Below are positions 1 through 9,659 of a stretch of DNA of 64,000 bases, piece by piece. The DNA is from Thermomicrobiales bacterium (GTDB lineage: Bacteria > Chloroflexota > Chloroflexia > Thermomicrobiales > UBA6265), in NCBI GenBank assembly GCA_023957015.1, contig JAMLHR010000011.1, positions 2,838-66,837 on the forward strand, in the 5' to 3' direction. The notes under the pieces were generated by a model, which did no database searches, was not told the origin of the DNA, and saw nothing but the letters and a program-made list of their open reading frames with translations. The stretch's first letter is position 1. Each line of letters begins with the position of its first letter. The translations under genes and the position numbers were made by a program.

Positions 1-917
1 CGCACATCCGCTTTCCCGCTCTCGATGATCTACCGGCGACACTGAGCAGGCGGATACTGACCGGACTTCTCCGGGAAGAGCTCGGGTTCGAGGGGGTGAT
101 CTTCACCGATTCTATGACGATGGAGGCGATCACCCGCGGTTGGGGTATCGGCGAATCATCGATCATGGCGAAGCAAGCCGGCGTGGATGTGCTGGAAAGC
201 AGCGAGCCTGCGGAGGGATTGTTGGCGCGACACGCAGCGCTGGTTGAGGCGGTCGAATCAGGCCGACTGAGTCTGGAGATATTCCAGGCAACGGCGAATC
301 GTCTCGACGAGCTACGGCAGCGTTTTGGCATCGGTCGGGCGACTCCAGCGGAGATTCATCTGGAGGAGATTCGGGAGCGGGCAGTATCGATCGCACAGCA
401 GACGATTCGATCCGCATCAGGTTTGGCAGTACCCGTCGTCCCCAACTCGGCCAATACGGTTGTCATCCAGTTCGCGCGCTTGCGGAATCTGGAGGTCGTG
501 GATCGCTTCGATCTCCCGAGTGTCCTCGAGCATGCCATCGCCGCTCAACTCCCCGCCGCAACGATGATCACGCTCAGCTGCGAGCCAACCGATGAGGAGA
601 TCGAAGGAGCAGTGGTCGCCTCATCCGGCGCGACGACTCTGATTGTGTGCACCCGAGACGCGATCCAGCACGAGTATCAGCGGCGGATTGGTCAGCGGCT
701 GGTCTCCGCCGCTCCAGTCGGAACGCACATCATCCACGTCAACCTCCGCGGTCCGTATGACGTGGGACTGCTGGGCAACGTGGATGAGACCGTGTTCACC
801 TACGGCGACGCGGTTGTAAGTTTGCGCGCGCTGGCAATGAAGCTGGCTGGTAGCGCTACCCATGTTAGGGTGACGAATGTCCCGGACAAGATAGACAGCA
901 AACCGAACCTCCCATGA
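1..917 (+). CDS. Glycoside hydrolase family 3 (NagZ/beta-N-acetylhexosaminidase-like), 5-prime end cut by the window edge
   Basis: The frame is open from nt 3 to the TGA at 915-917. The translation ...PATLSRRILTGLLREELGFEGVIFTDSMTMEAI... matches the conserved GH3 catalytic-region motif. Confidence 0.75.
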   Translation, partial: HIRFPALDDLPATLSRRILTGLLREELGFEGVIFTDSMTMEAITRGWGIGESSIMAKQAGVDVLESSEPAEGLLARHAALVEAVESGRLSLEIFQATANRLDELRQRFGIGRATPAEIHLEEIRERAVSIAQQTIRSASGLAVPVVPNSANTVVIQFARLRNLEVVDRFDLPSVLEHAIAAQLPAATMITLSCEPTDEEIEGAVVASSGATTLIVCTRDAIQHEYQRRIGQRLVSAAPVGTHIIHVNLRGPYDVGLLGNVDETVFTYGDAVVSLRALAMKLAGSATHVRVTNVPDKIDSKPNLP

Positions 918-934
918 GTTCACTACCTAGTGGA

Positions 935-2407
935 TCAGCTTATCCGCTTTGGCGATTTCAGCTTCAACTCATTGCCTAGCGTGCCATACAGTTGCCACAC
1001 TGCCGTCTCGGTACCAGCCGCAACAACTGATGAATCGACCGTATCAATAAGCATGTAAGTAATATGTGCCTCTGCCATCGAAGCGAACCGATCAGCCAAC
1101 CACAATGGGCGATCATCTAGTACCTGCGACCACGAACCTGGTTGAGACTTCACTAAGAGGACATGTGAGAAGAAACTAGGTTGATTATCTTCCATCTGGT
1201 GAAGTTGCCCCTGCACCATAGCAGTCATCAACATGCTACGGCGACTACCCTCTGGTATGGACGTTATCGCTTCAGCAAATGAAGTGATCTCGGTAGTAAG
1301 AGTTGTCAACTCGTCCAATATAGCTGCCTGATTCTTGATGACTTCACTCACCCCATTGTGTCTTGATTGCTTCTCGTCTATCTCCTGTTCAATCTCTTTC
1401 TTCTTGTGTGGATTCGACTCCTCTGCCAACTGCTTCCTGAGACCAGCGAGAGTCACATTGATCTCTGTAATCTCTTTCTCATAGCCTGCTTTTGCAGTTT
1501 TGAGCTTCACCTCCAAAACAGATAGCTGCACCCGATTGCTCAGAAGTGTTTGCCACGAAGAGATGATTACCTTGCTCTCGAGCAGCAACCGAAAGTCGTC
1601 ATGGAAGACTTTGGGTTGTGGTGCCGTCTGCTTATCGTCACCGTCGTATGTGGCCACCAGGGCTCCAGCCACGGCCGCAGCCGCGGTAAGGTCCAACGTG
1701 GCTATCGAACCGGAGTTCAGTGTCCGTTTCGAAGAGAACATCGCTAGCAACTGCGGGACTATTGCTGCAAGAGCATTTGCTGATACACCAATCAGATCCG
1801 GAAGCATTCTATCACCGTTTTCAGCCTTCGTAGCGAACAACTGATTCTTGATCAGAGCTAAGTCTTCAGGAGCTGCGTCGCTGATAGGACCTCCGGCAGC
1901 CAGTATTCTCTCCGCCGCTTTGTTGGCATGGTTGATACCTTCCGCCACAAGAAAACAATCGGAGGACTGCACCACCAACTCTTCATCGGAAGTTATCAGA
2001 ACATTACCGTCGTTGATCTTCTGTCTCACAGCTTTGTCTACATTCAGAGCGGCATCCTCTAATGCCTTGAACGCAAGATAGCCGCCTGCCATCGGCGGTT
2101 CACCCTGACCCACCGTCAACGAGCTTGCATTCGCTGAGGATAAGTCTGGAATCAAGTCAGAGAACGCACCACGCCGAGCCTTGTCGGCTGCAGAGTTGGC
2201 TTCTTCAACAGCTTGTCGATTCTGAGCAATTGCTAACGAAGAGGGTGCCCTTGCGGCAGCATCTCTGGCGGCGATTATCTCATCCTGAAGTTTTTCGTTT
2301 TCCAGACGCGCCTTGGCGTTGGCAATCTCAACCTGTTCGTTCTCCAACTGAAGTTTACGTAACTCTTCTGCAGATTTCCCATCTTGATTTGTCATGGATC
2401 GCTCCAT
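935..2407 (-). CDS. Hypothetical 490-aa all-helical protein (two coiled-coil segments flanking a hydrophobic stretch); family not recognised
   Basis: Long ORF with an ATG start. Heptad-like N-terminus (EELRKLQLENEQVEIANAKARLENEKLQDE) and a second coiled coil around KTAKAGYEKEITEINVTLAGLRKQLAEE. Central hydrophobic segments LPDLIGVSANALAAIVPQLLAMF and LDLTAAAAVAGALVATY. G+C is visibly lower than in the flanks. Confidence 0.6.
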   Translation of the reverse strand: MERSMTNQDGKSAEELRKLQLENEQVEIANAKARLENEKLQDEIIAARDAAARAPSSLAIAQNRQAVEEANSAADKARRGAFSDLIPDLSSANASSLTVGQGEPPMAGGYLAFKALEDAALNVDKAVRQKINDGNVLITSDEELVVQSSDCFLVAEGINHANKAAERILAAGGPISDAAPEDLALIKNQLFATKAENGDRMLPDLIGVSANALAAIVPQLLAMFSSKRTLNSGSIATLDLTAAAAVAGALVATYDGDDKQTAPQPKVFHDDFRLLLESKVIISSWQTLLSNRVQLSVLEVKLKTAKAGYEKEITEINVTLAGLRKQLAEESNPHKKKEIEQEIDEKQSRHNGVSEVIKNQAAILDELTTLTTEITSFAEAITSIPEGSRRSMLMTAMVQGQLHQMEDNQPSFFSHVLLVKSQPGSWSQVLDDRPLWLADRFASMAEAHITYMLIDTVDSSVVAAGTETAVWQLYGTLGNELKLKSPKRIS

Positions 2408-2654
2408 CTATCAAATGAAAGCCAGATAGGTCGATATGGTCAACCCGGCACAAATCTGATTCGATTTTCGTAGAGTTTTCCTGATGATAGCAGCTTTCAC
2501 GGTCTCGTCAACGTTGGACTCGCGAAGAAGATCGATCATAAACTGACATAATCATGCCGTAATCTCTTCAGTGAACATTTTGAGGAGGGAGCCTTTGAGG
2601 AGCGCTCCCTTCCCTCTGGCACCTTCTATAGCTGCAAGCTCCATGTGCGTGGGT

Positions 2655-3413
2655 TTATGGGTGTCTTTCCACCCAGATCGCTAACGCATCGCGCACAAAC
2701 ATCGCACCCTCTTCACCACCATAGTTCGCGGCGAAACGGGGATCGTTAACGTACATCTCGCCGAGACCACGAACGTATCCAGCCACATCGCCGTCGCCCG
2801 CAGGTGTGCCCGGAACGCTACGCAACCAGGCAACATGACGTGCGGCCAATGTCTGGGCGACGTCACTATCCGGCGAGACACCATCGGCAAACGCCTGCTG
2901 CCAATCACGATTGAGGTCCGCTACGGTCTGCATAAATGCGTTCTTCACATCATCACTCTGACCACTCCACCAGTCGTTGGAACGCTTCCAGGCGTCCTTG
3001 CTCCAGCGCTCCTCAACCTCATCCCTGTACTGCTCGTGCTGAAAACCATCGAACATGTTCTCTCTCATGGGAGATTCCCCTCTCGCTAGTGCTGTTATCG
3101 TGCGTTGAATGGAGGCAATCTGACGATCAAGACGAACTGCTTCGGCGCGGAGCTGCCGCTTTAGCGACGCAAGCGCATCCACCTCGGACACTTCATCGGC
3201 CAGCACCGCACCGATATCGGGCAAACTCATGCCGAGATCACGCAATGCCAGGATTCGCTGCAGTCGAATCAATGTGCGGGTATCGTAGAGGCGGTAACCG
3301 TTCTCACCGATCTCGGTTGGCGGCAGCAAGCCGATCGCATCGTAGTGACGCAACGTACGGCTGGTAGTGCCAGTGACCCTCGCCACTTCCTGAATTGTCC
3401 ACTTCTCCACCAT
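2655..3413 (-). CDS. MerR-family transcriptional regulator, TipA-like (N-terminal HTH plus C-terminal TipAS-like domain)
   Basis: The N-terminus WTIQEVARVTGTTSRTLRHYDAIGLLPP...GYRLYD is a canonical MerR HTH. It is followed by a coiled-coil linker and a ~110-aa C-terminal domain. A GAGGAG RBS precedes the ATG at 3413. Confidence 0.85.
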   Translation of the reverse strand: MVEKWTIQEVARVTGTTSRTLRHYDAIGLLPPTEIGENGYRLYDTRTLIRLQRILALRDLGMSLPDIGAVLADEVSEVDALASLKRQLRAEAVRLDRQIASIQRTITALARGESPMRENMFDGFQHEQYRDEVEERWSKDAWKRSNDWWSGQSDDVKNAFMQTVADLNRDWQQAFADGVSPDSDVAQTLAARHVAWLRSVPGTPAGDGDVAGYVRGLGEMYVNDPRFAANYGGEEGAMFVRDALAIWVERHP

Positions 3414-3442
3414 CGAAACTCCTCGTATCTCAACGCTGAGTC

Positions 3443-3473
3443 GATGCTACAGGTTGACGTTGCGTCAATGTCA
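3443..3473 (-). promoter_or_regulatory. MerR/TipA-type promoter with an over-long spacer: TTGACA, 19 nt containing the dyad TTGACG-N3-CGTCAA, then TAGCAT
   Basis: Read on the minus strand directly upstream of the merR-like gene. A 19-nt spacer with a central dyad is the hallmark of MerR-activated promoters. Confidence 0.55.
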
Positions 3474-4478
3474 AGGGGCTGTACGCGACCGATGCAGATT
3501 GCGCGCTCCTTCAATGACGAGAAGCGAGACAGCGATCCAGATAGGGATGTAGGTCAGCCATTCATCGCGACCGAGTGTCTCGCCGAGAATCAAGGCCACA
3601 AACACCAGCAGCACCGGCTCCAGATATCCCAATAGTCCAAACAGACTGAAGGGCAGCCAGCGGCTGGCGGCGTAGTAAATGAGCATGGATGTCGCGCTAA
3701 TCAGTCCCAGCGTGATGATCCAGCCGGCGAGTCGGGGCGACATGATCTCGCGAGTGAAATCGCTACGAATCAACATGGTGACCGCCAGCAGGAAAATGAG
3801 ATTGAGTTCGATCCAGGCACCGCCCTGACCGGTGGTGCGGAACTGACGGCGGGAGACGAAGAGCAAGGGGAATCCGATGGCGATAAACATCACCAACCAG
3901 CTCACTGTACCCACCCGCCAGACCTCGTGGAGGACACCTATTGCGGCCATCGCGGTGGCGGCGATCTGCCAACGACTCATCGATTCACGGTAAAGCATCC
4001 GACCGAAGAGCACCATCATCAGCGGCATGAGGAAGTAGCCGAGGCTCGCCTCCATCGCCTTTCCATGGAGTGGTGCCCACATGAACACCCACATCTGGGC
4101 CGCATTGTTAGCGGCATTGAAGATGTGGACGATCAACACACCTGGACGGTGACCGATATCCCGAATGGCATCGCGCACCTTCGGCCAATCGCCAACTGCG
4201 ACAACCAGCACGGTAACCAGTGGTCCCGTAAGCGTCATCCGCCAGGAGAAGATCTGCTGCGCAGTGAGCGGATGCATCAACGTGACGATGTAGTAGATAG
4301 CACCGAACATGGTGCTGGCCAACACCGATGCGAGAATACCTCGCTTCACCTGCTGTATCTCATCACCGCTATCCTCGCTTCTCCTCAGGCAACCTTTGCG
4401 CTGATGATAGAAGCGCGGAAATCCGGGTGCAAACTGCCTCCCACTCCAACTCCGCGCGAATTGTGGAAGCGCTCCCAA
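3471..4478 (-). CDS. EamA/RarD-like drug/metabolite transporter (DMT) permease
   Basis: About 10 hydrophobic helices with two EamA-like halves. The real start is probably the internal GTG at 4349 (VKRGILASVLAST...), because the first 43 codons are Arg-rich and non-membrane. Confidence 0.8.
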   Translation of the reverse strand: MGALPQFARSWSGRQFAPGFPRFYHQRKGCLRRSEDSGDEIQQVKRGILASVLASTMFGAIYYIVTLMHPLTAQQIFSWRMTLTGPLVTVLVVAVGDWPKVRDAIRDIGHRPGVLIVHIFNAANNAAQMWVFMWAPLHGKAMEASLGYFLMPLMMVLFGRMLYRESMSRWQIAATAMAAIGVLHEVWRVGTVSWLVMFIAIGFPLLFVSRRQFRTTGQGGAWIELNLIFLLAVTMLIRSDFTREIMSPRLAGWIITLGLISATSMLIYYAASRWLPFSLFGLLGYLEPVLLVFVALILGETLGRDEWLTYIPIWIAVSLLVIEGARNLHRSRTAP

Positions 4479-4577
4479 TGCCGCATTTCGTAGGAGATAT
4501 GCTGTATACTGGTGCCGTCAGGCGAAGTGCAGAGCGCGAAGGGATGCGACCGGCTGGTTGGTCCTCCCTAAGCACGA

Positions 4578-4599
4578 TGATGGTAGCGATCTACCATCA
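4578..4599. promoter_or_regulatory. Perfect 22-bp palindrome TGATGGTAG-CGAT-CTACCATCA; candidate operator of the sugar ABC operon
   Basis: Seen directly in the sequence, 50 nt upstream of the SBP start codon. No regulator gene is adjacent. Confidence 0.4.
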
Positions 4600-4648
4600 C
4601 ACGCGCCCATGCACCAGCTTATGGATACAGTAGGTACAGGAGGATATC

Positions 4649-5944
4649 GTGAGCTACTTTACCTCGAAGACAATGAATCGTCGTACCCTCACGCTGGGTA
4701 GCGCCGCCGCATTTGCGGCTGTGACCCTCGCACCAGGTATCAAGCTGGCGGCCCAGGAAGCCGAAGATCAACTTGAGGTTTTCTCTTGGTGGACGGCCGG
4801 ATCCGAGGCCGCTGGTCTTGATCTGCTGTTCGCAGCATTCACCGCCCAGGCACCGGATGTCGAGATCATCAACGCCGCCGTCGCCGGTGGTGCTGGTGCC
4901 AATGCCCAGGCCGCCCTGCAGACACGACTGGCCGGTGGCGATCCGCCGGACAGCTGGCAGAGCCACCTCGCCAAGGAGCTGCAGGCCCGCTATGTCGAGC
5001 CAGGCTACTGCGAAGCGATCGATGACCTCTGGGAAGAGGAAGGCTGGAGCGATGTCATTCCGGAAGGTCTGGCAGCGCAGTCCACAATTGATGGCAGCAA
5101 GTACATCATCCCGGTCGGTGTCCATCGCGGCAATGTCGTCTTCTTCAACAAGCAGGTACTCGCTGACAATGGTATCGAGGTCGGCGAAGCTATCAGCACT
5201 GATGAGTTCTTCGAGATTGCCGAGACGCTGACCGCTGCGGGTATCACCCCGTTGGCACTTGGCTCCAAGGACGGTTTCGAGACCCCACAACTCTTCGAGA
5301 ATATCCTTGCGGCCCGTCTCGGTGCCGAAGCCTACAACGGTCTCTGGGACGGCACCACCGCCTGGGATGGCGATGAAGTGAAGGCCGCCTGCGAAGACCT
5401 GGTGAAGACACTTGGCTATGTGAACGACGATCACCCGGCCCTCACCTGGGACGGCGCCATGAGCAAGGTCATGGAAGGCACCGCTGGCTTTACCAGCATG
5501 GGCGACTGGGCATACGGTAACGCCGTTGTCGCTGGTGTTGAAGACACCATCGGCTACACCGCACATCCGGGTAGTGATGGCATCTTCATCTCCGTGGTGG
5601 ACGGATTCGTGCTGCCGGTCGGGGCACCGCACCCGAACAACGCCCGCACCTGGCTGAAGGCCGTTGGTAGTGCCGAAGCGCAGATCGCCTTCGCCCCGAA
5701 CAAGGGCTGCATCCCGGCTCGCACCGATGTCGATGCCAGCAGCCTGAACGCATACGGCCAGTGGAGTGCCGCCGACTTCGCCGATTCCGACGTCGTTGCC
5801 AGCAACGCCCACGGTGCCGCCGCCGCACCGAAGTTCCAGGCCGCCATCGGCGAAGCCTGCGTGAACGTGCTCGTTTCGCTGGATGCGGCTTCGTTCCAGA
5901 TGGAACTGGCCGATGCCGCCGCAGCTGCAGAGCTCGGTAGCTAG
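4649..5944 (+). CDS. ABC transporter extracellular sugar-binding protein (SBP family 1)
   Basis: Signal peptide NRRTLTLGSAAAFAAVTLAPG. The motif LEVFSWWTAGSE is typical of carbohydrate SBPs. Two MalF/MalG-type permease genes follow. Confidence 0.9.
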   Translation: MSYFTSKTMNRRTLTLGSAAAFAAVTLAPGIKLAAQEAEDQLEVFSWWTAGSEAAGLDLLFAAFTAQAPDVEIINAAVAGGAGANAQAALQTRLAGGDPPDSWQSHLAKELQARYVEPGYCEAIDDLWEEEGWSDVIPEGLAAQSTIDGSKYIIPVGVHRGNVVFFNKQVLADNGIEVGEAISTDEFFEIAETLTAAGITPLALGSKDGFETPQLFENILAARLGAEAYNGLWDGTTAWDGDEVKAACEDLVKTLGYVNDDHPALTWDGAMSKVMEGTAGFTSMGDWAYGNAVVAGVEDTIGYTAHPGSDGIFISVVDGFVLPVGAPHPNNARTWLKAVGSAEAQIAFAPNKGCIPARTDVDASSLNAYGQWSAADFADSDVVASNAHGAAAAPKFQAAIGEACVNVLVSLDAASFQMELADAAAAAELGS

Positions 5945-5950
5945 TCTCTC

Positions 5951-5982
5951 TGGAACCGGGGGTGCGACTGCACCCCCGGTTC
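5951..5982 (+). other. Intercistronic stem-loop (14-bp perfect stem GGAACCGGGGGTGC / GCACCCCCGGTTCC, 4-nt loop) between the SBP and permease genes
   Basis: Read directly in the sequence. There is no clear U-tract, so it is more likely an mRNA-stabilising or attenuating hairpin than a full terminator. Confidence 0.5.
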
Positions 5983-6006
5983 CATCTGTTCGCGAAAGTA
6001 GCTGCA

Positions 6007-7014
6007 ATGGCCGCTGCCAGCTCACAACCGGATATCGAGCGCGCACGTAAGCGGGGATTCGACCGCGCTATCGGGCCACTTCTGCTCTCGCCCAGCGTTA
6101 TCCTGCTGGCGATTTTCGTCTATGGCTTCATCGGCACCACCGTTTGGATCTCCATGTCCAACTGGGACACGGCCATTATCGACTGGAGCATCATCGATCC
6201 GTTTTGGAAGGTCTACGATTCCCTCTTCCATATGACACGGTTCCAGATCAATATCCGCAACACCCTGATCTTCACGGTGTTTTTCTTGATTCTCGCAGTG
6301 GGATTGGGATTAACTTTTGCGATCTTGTTGGACCGGCATATGCCCGGCAATGCACTCTTCCGCAATGTCTTCCTCTTCCCCTATGCGCTCTCCTTCGTGG
6401 TCACTGGTGTGGCCTGGCGCTGGATTTTCAATCCGGAGACAGGCATCAATATCCTGTTCAACACACTCGGTATCAACTGGGTGCTTGAGAAGTTCGGTAT
6501 GGGACCGTTCGCACCGAAGTGGATCACCGATCCCCGGGTAATGGGCGATCTCGGTAACTGGCTGCCACTCCCCGACTTCATCAAGGCGCAACTTGGCTTC
6601 CCGATGGCGATGCTACCGGTTATCATCGCGGCGGTTTGGCAGTTGAGTGGTTTCGCGATGGCGATGTATCTCTCCGGCCTGGCGGCGATCAGCGATGACG
6701 TCCGCGAGGCGGCCTCGCTGGATGGTGCTGGCACCATCCAGCTGTATCGCGACATCATGATCCCGCTGCTGAAACCCATCACGATCAGCACGCTGATCAT
6801 CCTCGGGCACGTCAGCCTCAAGATCTTCGATCTCGTCTACGCCATGTCCGGTCGCGGACCAGGGTATGCAACGGAAGTCCCCGGTATCTTCATGTTCGAC
6901 AAGACATTCAAGGTGCTGGAATACAACACCGGCGCGGCCGCGTCTGTGGTGATGCTCTTCATGGTCAGTCTGGTGATCGTGCCGTACCTCGCGCGTTCGA
7001 TGAAGGACGTCTAG
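6007..7014 (+). CDS. ABC sugar transporter permease (MalF/UgpA-like)
   Basis: Six TM helices and the EAA-type loop [16 protein letters not shown]. The ATG at 6007 is preferred over the ORF-track start at 5962, which lies inside the hairpin. Confidence 0.9.
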   Translation: MAAASSQPDIERARKRGFDRAIGPLLLSPSVILLAIFVYGFIGTTVWISMSNWDTAIIDWSIIDPFWKVYDSLFHMTRFQINIRNTLIFTVFFLILAVGLGLTFAILLDRHMPGNALFRNVFLFPYALSFVVTGVAWRWIFNPETGINILFNTLGINWVLEKFGMGPFAPKWITDPRVMGDLGNWLPLPDFIKAQLGFPMAMLPVIIAAVWQLSGFAMAMYLSGLAAISDDVREAASLDGAGTIQLYRDIMIPLLKPITISTLIILGHVSLKIFDLVYAMSGRGPGYATEVPGIFMFDKTFKVLEYNTGAAASVVMLFMVSLVIVPYLARSMKDV

Positions 7015-7016
7015 CC

Positions 7017-7886
7017 ATGGCAACGACACTGGGTCGACCGACCCCCACTCCCACTACTTCGAAGAAGCGATTCGGACTCGGCAAGGGTATCGGGTTCGCA
7101 TTCCTGGTGTTTATGCTGCTCTTCTACCTCATCCCGGTCTATGTGATGATCGTCAATGGTCTCAAAACCGCCGATGTCGTCAGCTTTAGCCGGATGTGGG
7201 AACTACCAACCAAGCTCAGTACCGGCGGATATGGTGAAGCCTGGGACAAGCTCAGCCGCAATGTGATGAGTAGTGTCTACCTGGTGGTTCCGGCAACGCT
7301 CATCTCCGGATTCCTCGGTTCCCTGAACGGCTATATTCTCAGCAAGTGGAAGTTCCGCGGTAGCGATCTGCTCTTCACACTCATGCTCTTCGGTATGTTC
7401 ATCCCCTACCAGAGCATCCTGATTCCGCTGATCAAGTTCCTGCAGTCAATTGGACTCTACGGTTCGATCTGGGGGCTGATTCTGGTACACGTGGTCTACG
7501 GTCTCCCGTTCACCACACTCATCTTCCGTAACTACTTCGCGAATGTGCCCAACGAGTTGGTCGAGGCGGCACACGTGGATGGTGCAGGTTTACTAGGGAT
7601 CTTCTTCCAGATCATGTTGCCACTGAGTATCCCGGCATTCGTGGTGGTAGGCATCTTCCAGTTCACGAATATCTGGAACGAGTTCCTGTTCGGACTGACC
7701 GTGGTCACGAACCCCGCACGTCAACCGATAACGGTGGCGTTGAACAATCTCAGCGGCTCGTTCAGTATCGAATGGAACGTGGTCATGGCTGGTGCCGTGC
7801 TCACTGCTCTACCGACGTTGCTGATCTATATCATTCTGGGCAAGTATTTCGTGCGTGGGATCATGGCGGGGTCAGTCAAGGGATAA
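7017..7886 (+). CDS. ABC sugar transporter permease (MalG/UgpE-like)
   Basis: EAA loop [15 protein letters not shown]. Its start is 3 nt after the stop of the previous permease gene. Confidence 0.9.
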   Translation: MATTLGRPTPTPTTSKKRFGLGKGIGFAFLVFMLLFYLIPVYVMIVNGLKTADVVSFSRMWELPTKLSTGGYGEAWDKLSRNVMSSVYLVVPATLISGFLGSLNGYILSKWKFRGSDLLFTLMLFGMFIPYQSILIPLIKFLQSIGLYGSIWGLILVHVVYGLPFTTLIFRNYFANVPNELVEAAHVDGAGLLGIFFQIMLPLSIPAFVVVGIFQFTNIWNEFLFGLTVVTNPARQPITVALNNLSGSFSIEWNVVMAGAVLTALPTLLIYIILGKYFVRGIMAGSVKG

Positions 7887-7902
7887 CCCATCTGTGGTGA
7901 GT

Positions 7903-8562
7903 TCACGCATGTTCGACCACGAAATCGAACTGCTCCTGCGGCATGATGTGACTGAAATAGTAGTCCTCAGCCGCTGACCACCGCGCCACCCACCCATTCT
8001 GATCGGTATCCCCCTCGCGCTGCAGCAGCCGTTCGAGGCGAACCTCCTCGGGGGTGATCATGAGAACCTTCAGATCCAGCAAATCCTGGAGCTCCGGTCG
8101 GCAGCTGTAGACACCTTCGAGGATGATCAGGGCCGATGCCCGGGCGGAAACAAGCGTATCCTTGAGGGGCGCATCGTCCGTATCCCATGGTTCGGCATCC
8201 CAATCAAACGGATACCAGGAGGCAAGGCCATCACGGAGAAGGTGCTCGAGCACTGTCCGTTGCCGACGCCAGTCGATAACGTTCCCGGCGTTCTCGACGA
8301 TAGTCCGCCTGCTCCAAGCCTCAGCGCTGCCGCCAGCGAAGAACTCATCGCCCTCGAGAACCGTCACCTGGGCGATCCGATCTGCCGCATTGAGCTCACG
8401 CGCGATCCTGGTGGAGAGCGTCGACTTGCCAACACCGCTACGACCGTCGAGGCCGACGAGTATCGGATGTTGACTGCCGCCAAGCATCTCTCGCAGTCGG
8501 GCGATAAGGATATCGGCTGACTCTGACCCGTTGTTACCCATAGCTGCCCCCCCTATTCCCAC
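7903..8562 (-). CDS. P-loop nucleoside/nucleotide kinase-like protein (uridine kinase-like)
   Basis: Walker A GRSGVGKSTL and a ~210-aa single domain. An alternative start is the ATG at 8541, behind a G-rich RBS. Confidence 0.6.
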   Translation of the reverse strand: MGIGGAAMGNNGSESADILIARLREMLGGSQHPILVGLDGRSGVGKSTLSTRIARELNAADRIAQVTVLEGDEFFAGGSAEAWSRRTIVENAGNVIDWRRQRTVLEHLLRDGLASWYPFDWDAEPWDTDDAPLKDTLVSARASALIILEGVYSCRPELQDLLDLKVLMITPEEVRLERLLQREGDTDQNGWVARWSAAEDYYFSHIMPQEQFDFVVEHA

Positions 8563-8684
8563 GAGCTGAGATGTGGCCGGTCACGTGATTCCGGAACCTG
8601 GTCTCCTCATCAACCGTTCTAATACCAGATACATCACCAGTCCTCCAAGATCCCTTTGCCCGCAAGCAAGAAGGAGACCAGCAC

Positions 8685-9659
8685 ATGATCACACGCACAC
8701 CTCGTCCGCATCTATCCATCGCGATACTCCTCGGTCTGCTGCTAACCGGCTGGGGGATCTCCCCACTCCAGGCCAGCGACAGGGTGGACGCTCGCATCTG
8801 GACCGAATCCGAAACGGGTGAACCCGTCTATGACATCTGCTACACACTGGTAGAGTTCAGCAATCTCGGTTGCGACGAGAATCTGGATGGTGCTGTGTTC
8901 TTCCAGGACCTCGCGCCCGGTCGTTACTATATCGAACCCACGATGAAACCCGGCAGCGAATACTACGTTGAGCCATTCTACGCGGTGATCGATGAGTACA
9001 ACACCGATATTATCGTGACCGCCGCACGCTACCAGGTCGCCCAGCAACAGGATGTCATCCAGGTCACCGATGTCCATCTCATCACCCGCGATCCGAAGAC
9101 GGGGGAATCGCTCACTGATGTCTGCTACGAGCTGGTTGGTTACAGCAATATCGGCTGCGATCGCAATGCGGACGGACACGTGACCTTCGCGGATATCCCG
9201 CTCGGGCAATATACGATCCGTCAAACCACCACACCGGCCGGTTATCCGAAGATGGATGACTACATCGTCATGATCATGGGTGGTCCGGATGGGTACGTTG
9301 CTCCGGTCAATCTCGTCCTGGCGCAGTCGAAGACGCAGGCACCGCAGGACCGGTACAACATGTCTGTGGTTTTCTGGGAGCGTGGCAATGAGTCTTTGAT
9401 CTCGGGATCACTGAATTGCGCGCAACTCTGGCGCGGCGATATCGCGGTCACCAATATCGGGTGCGATGAGGATGTGGTTGACGGCCAGATCGACTTCATG
9501 GGGGTGGAGTTCGATGCCAACGACGATACCTTCGTCCTGGATATCGAATTGGGATGTGGATTCGTCCAGGTTGATACGCCTTTCCAACTCCTCTGGGTGG
9601 GAGAGCATTCCTTCCTGTTGTTCGTGGAAGTGGCACCAACTGGTACTGGTTGTCATTAG
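8685..9659 (+). CDS. Secreted protein with three Cys-containing prealbumin/SpaA-like fold repeats
   Basis: AGGAG RBS and a signal peptide. Repeats such as CYTLVEFSNLGCDENLDGAVFFQDLAPGRYYIEP and CYELVGYSNIGCDRNADGHVTFADIPLGQYTIRQTTTPAGY resemble the D-G-x-F-x-L-x-G-Y...P-x-GY pattern of SpaA/Cna-B-like domains. Confidence 0.6.
   Translation: MITRTPRPHLSIAILLGLLLTGWGISPLQASDRVDARIWTESETGEPVYDICYTLVEFSNLGCDENLDGAVFFQDLAPGRYYIEPTMKPGSEYYVEPFYAVIDEYNTDIIVTAARYQVAQQQDVIQVTDVHLITRDPKTGESLTDVCYELVGYSNIGCDRNADGHVTFADIPLGQYTIRQTTTPAGYPKMDDYIVMIMGGPDGYVAPVNLVLAQSKTQAPQDRYNMSVVFWERGNESLISGSLNCAQLWRGDIAVTNIGCDEDVVDGQIDFMGVEFDANDDTFVLDIELGCGFVQVDTPFQLLWVGEHSFLLFVEVAPTGTGCH

Noticed and set aside
4619-6046. 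475-aa ORF antisense to the sugar-binding protein gene. Similar long antisense ORFs lie at 10515-11306, 13430-14722, 19523-20506, 26681-27805, 35521-36741, 43109-44356, 50266-51453, 52547-53590, 54007-54933 and 58147-59175.
   Set aside because: Each lies opposite a gene with strong, recognisable family motifs. Their translations are low-complexity, Arg/Gly/His-rich and have no recognisable domains. These are typical shadow ORFs of GC-rich DNA.
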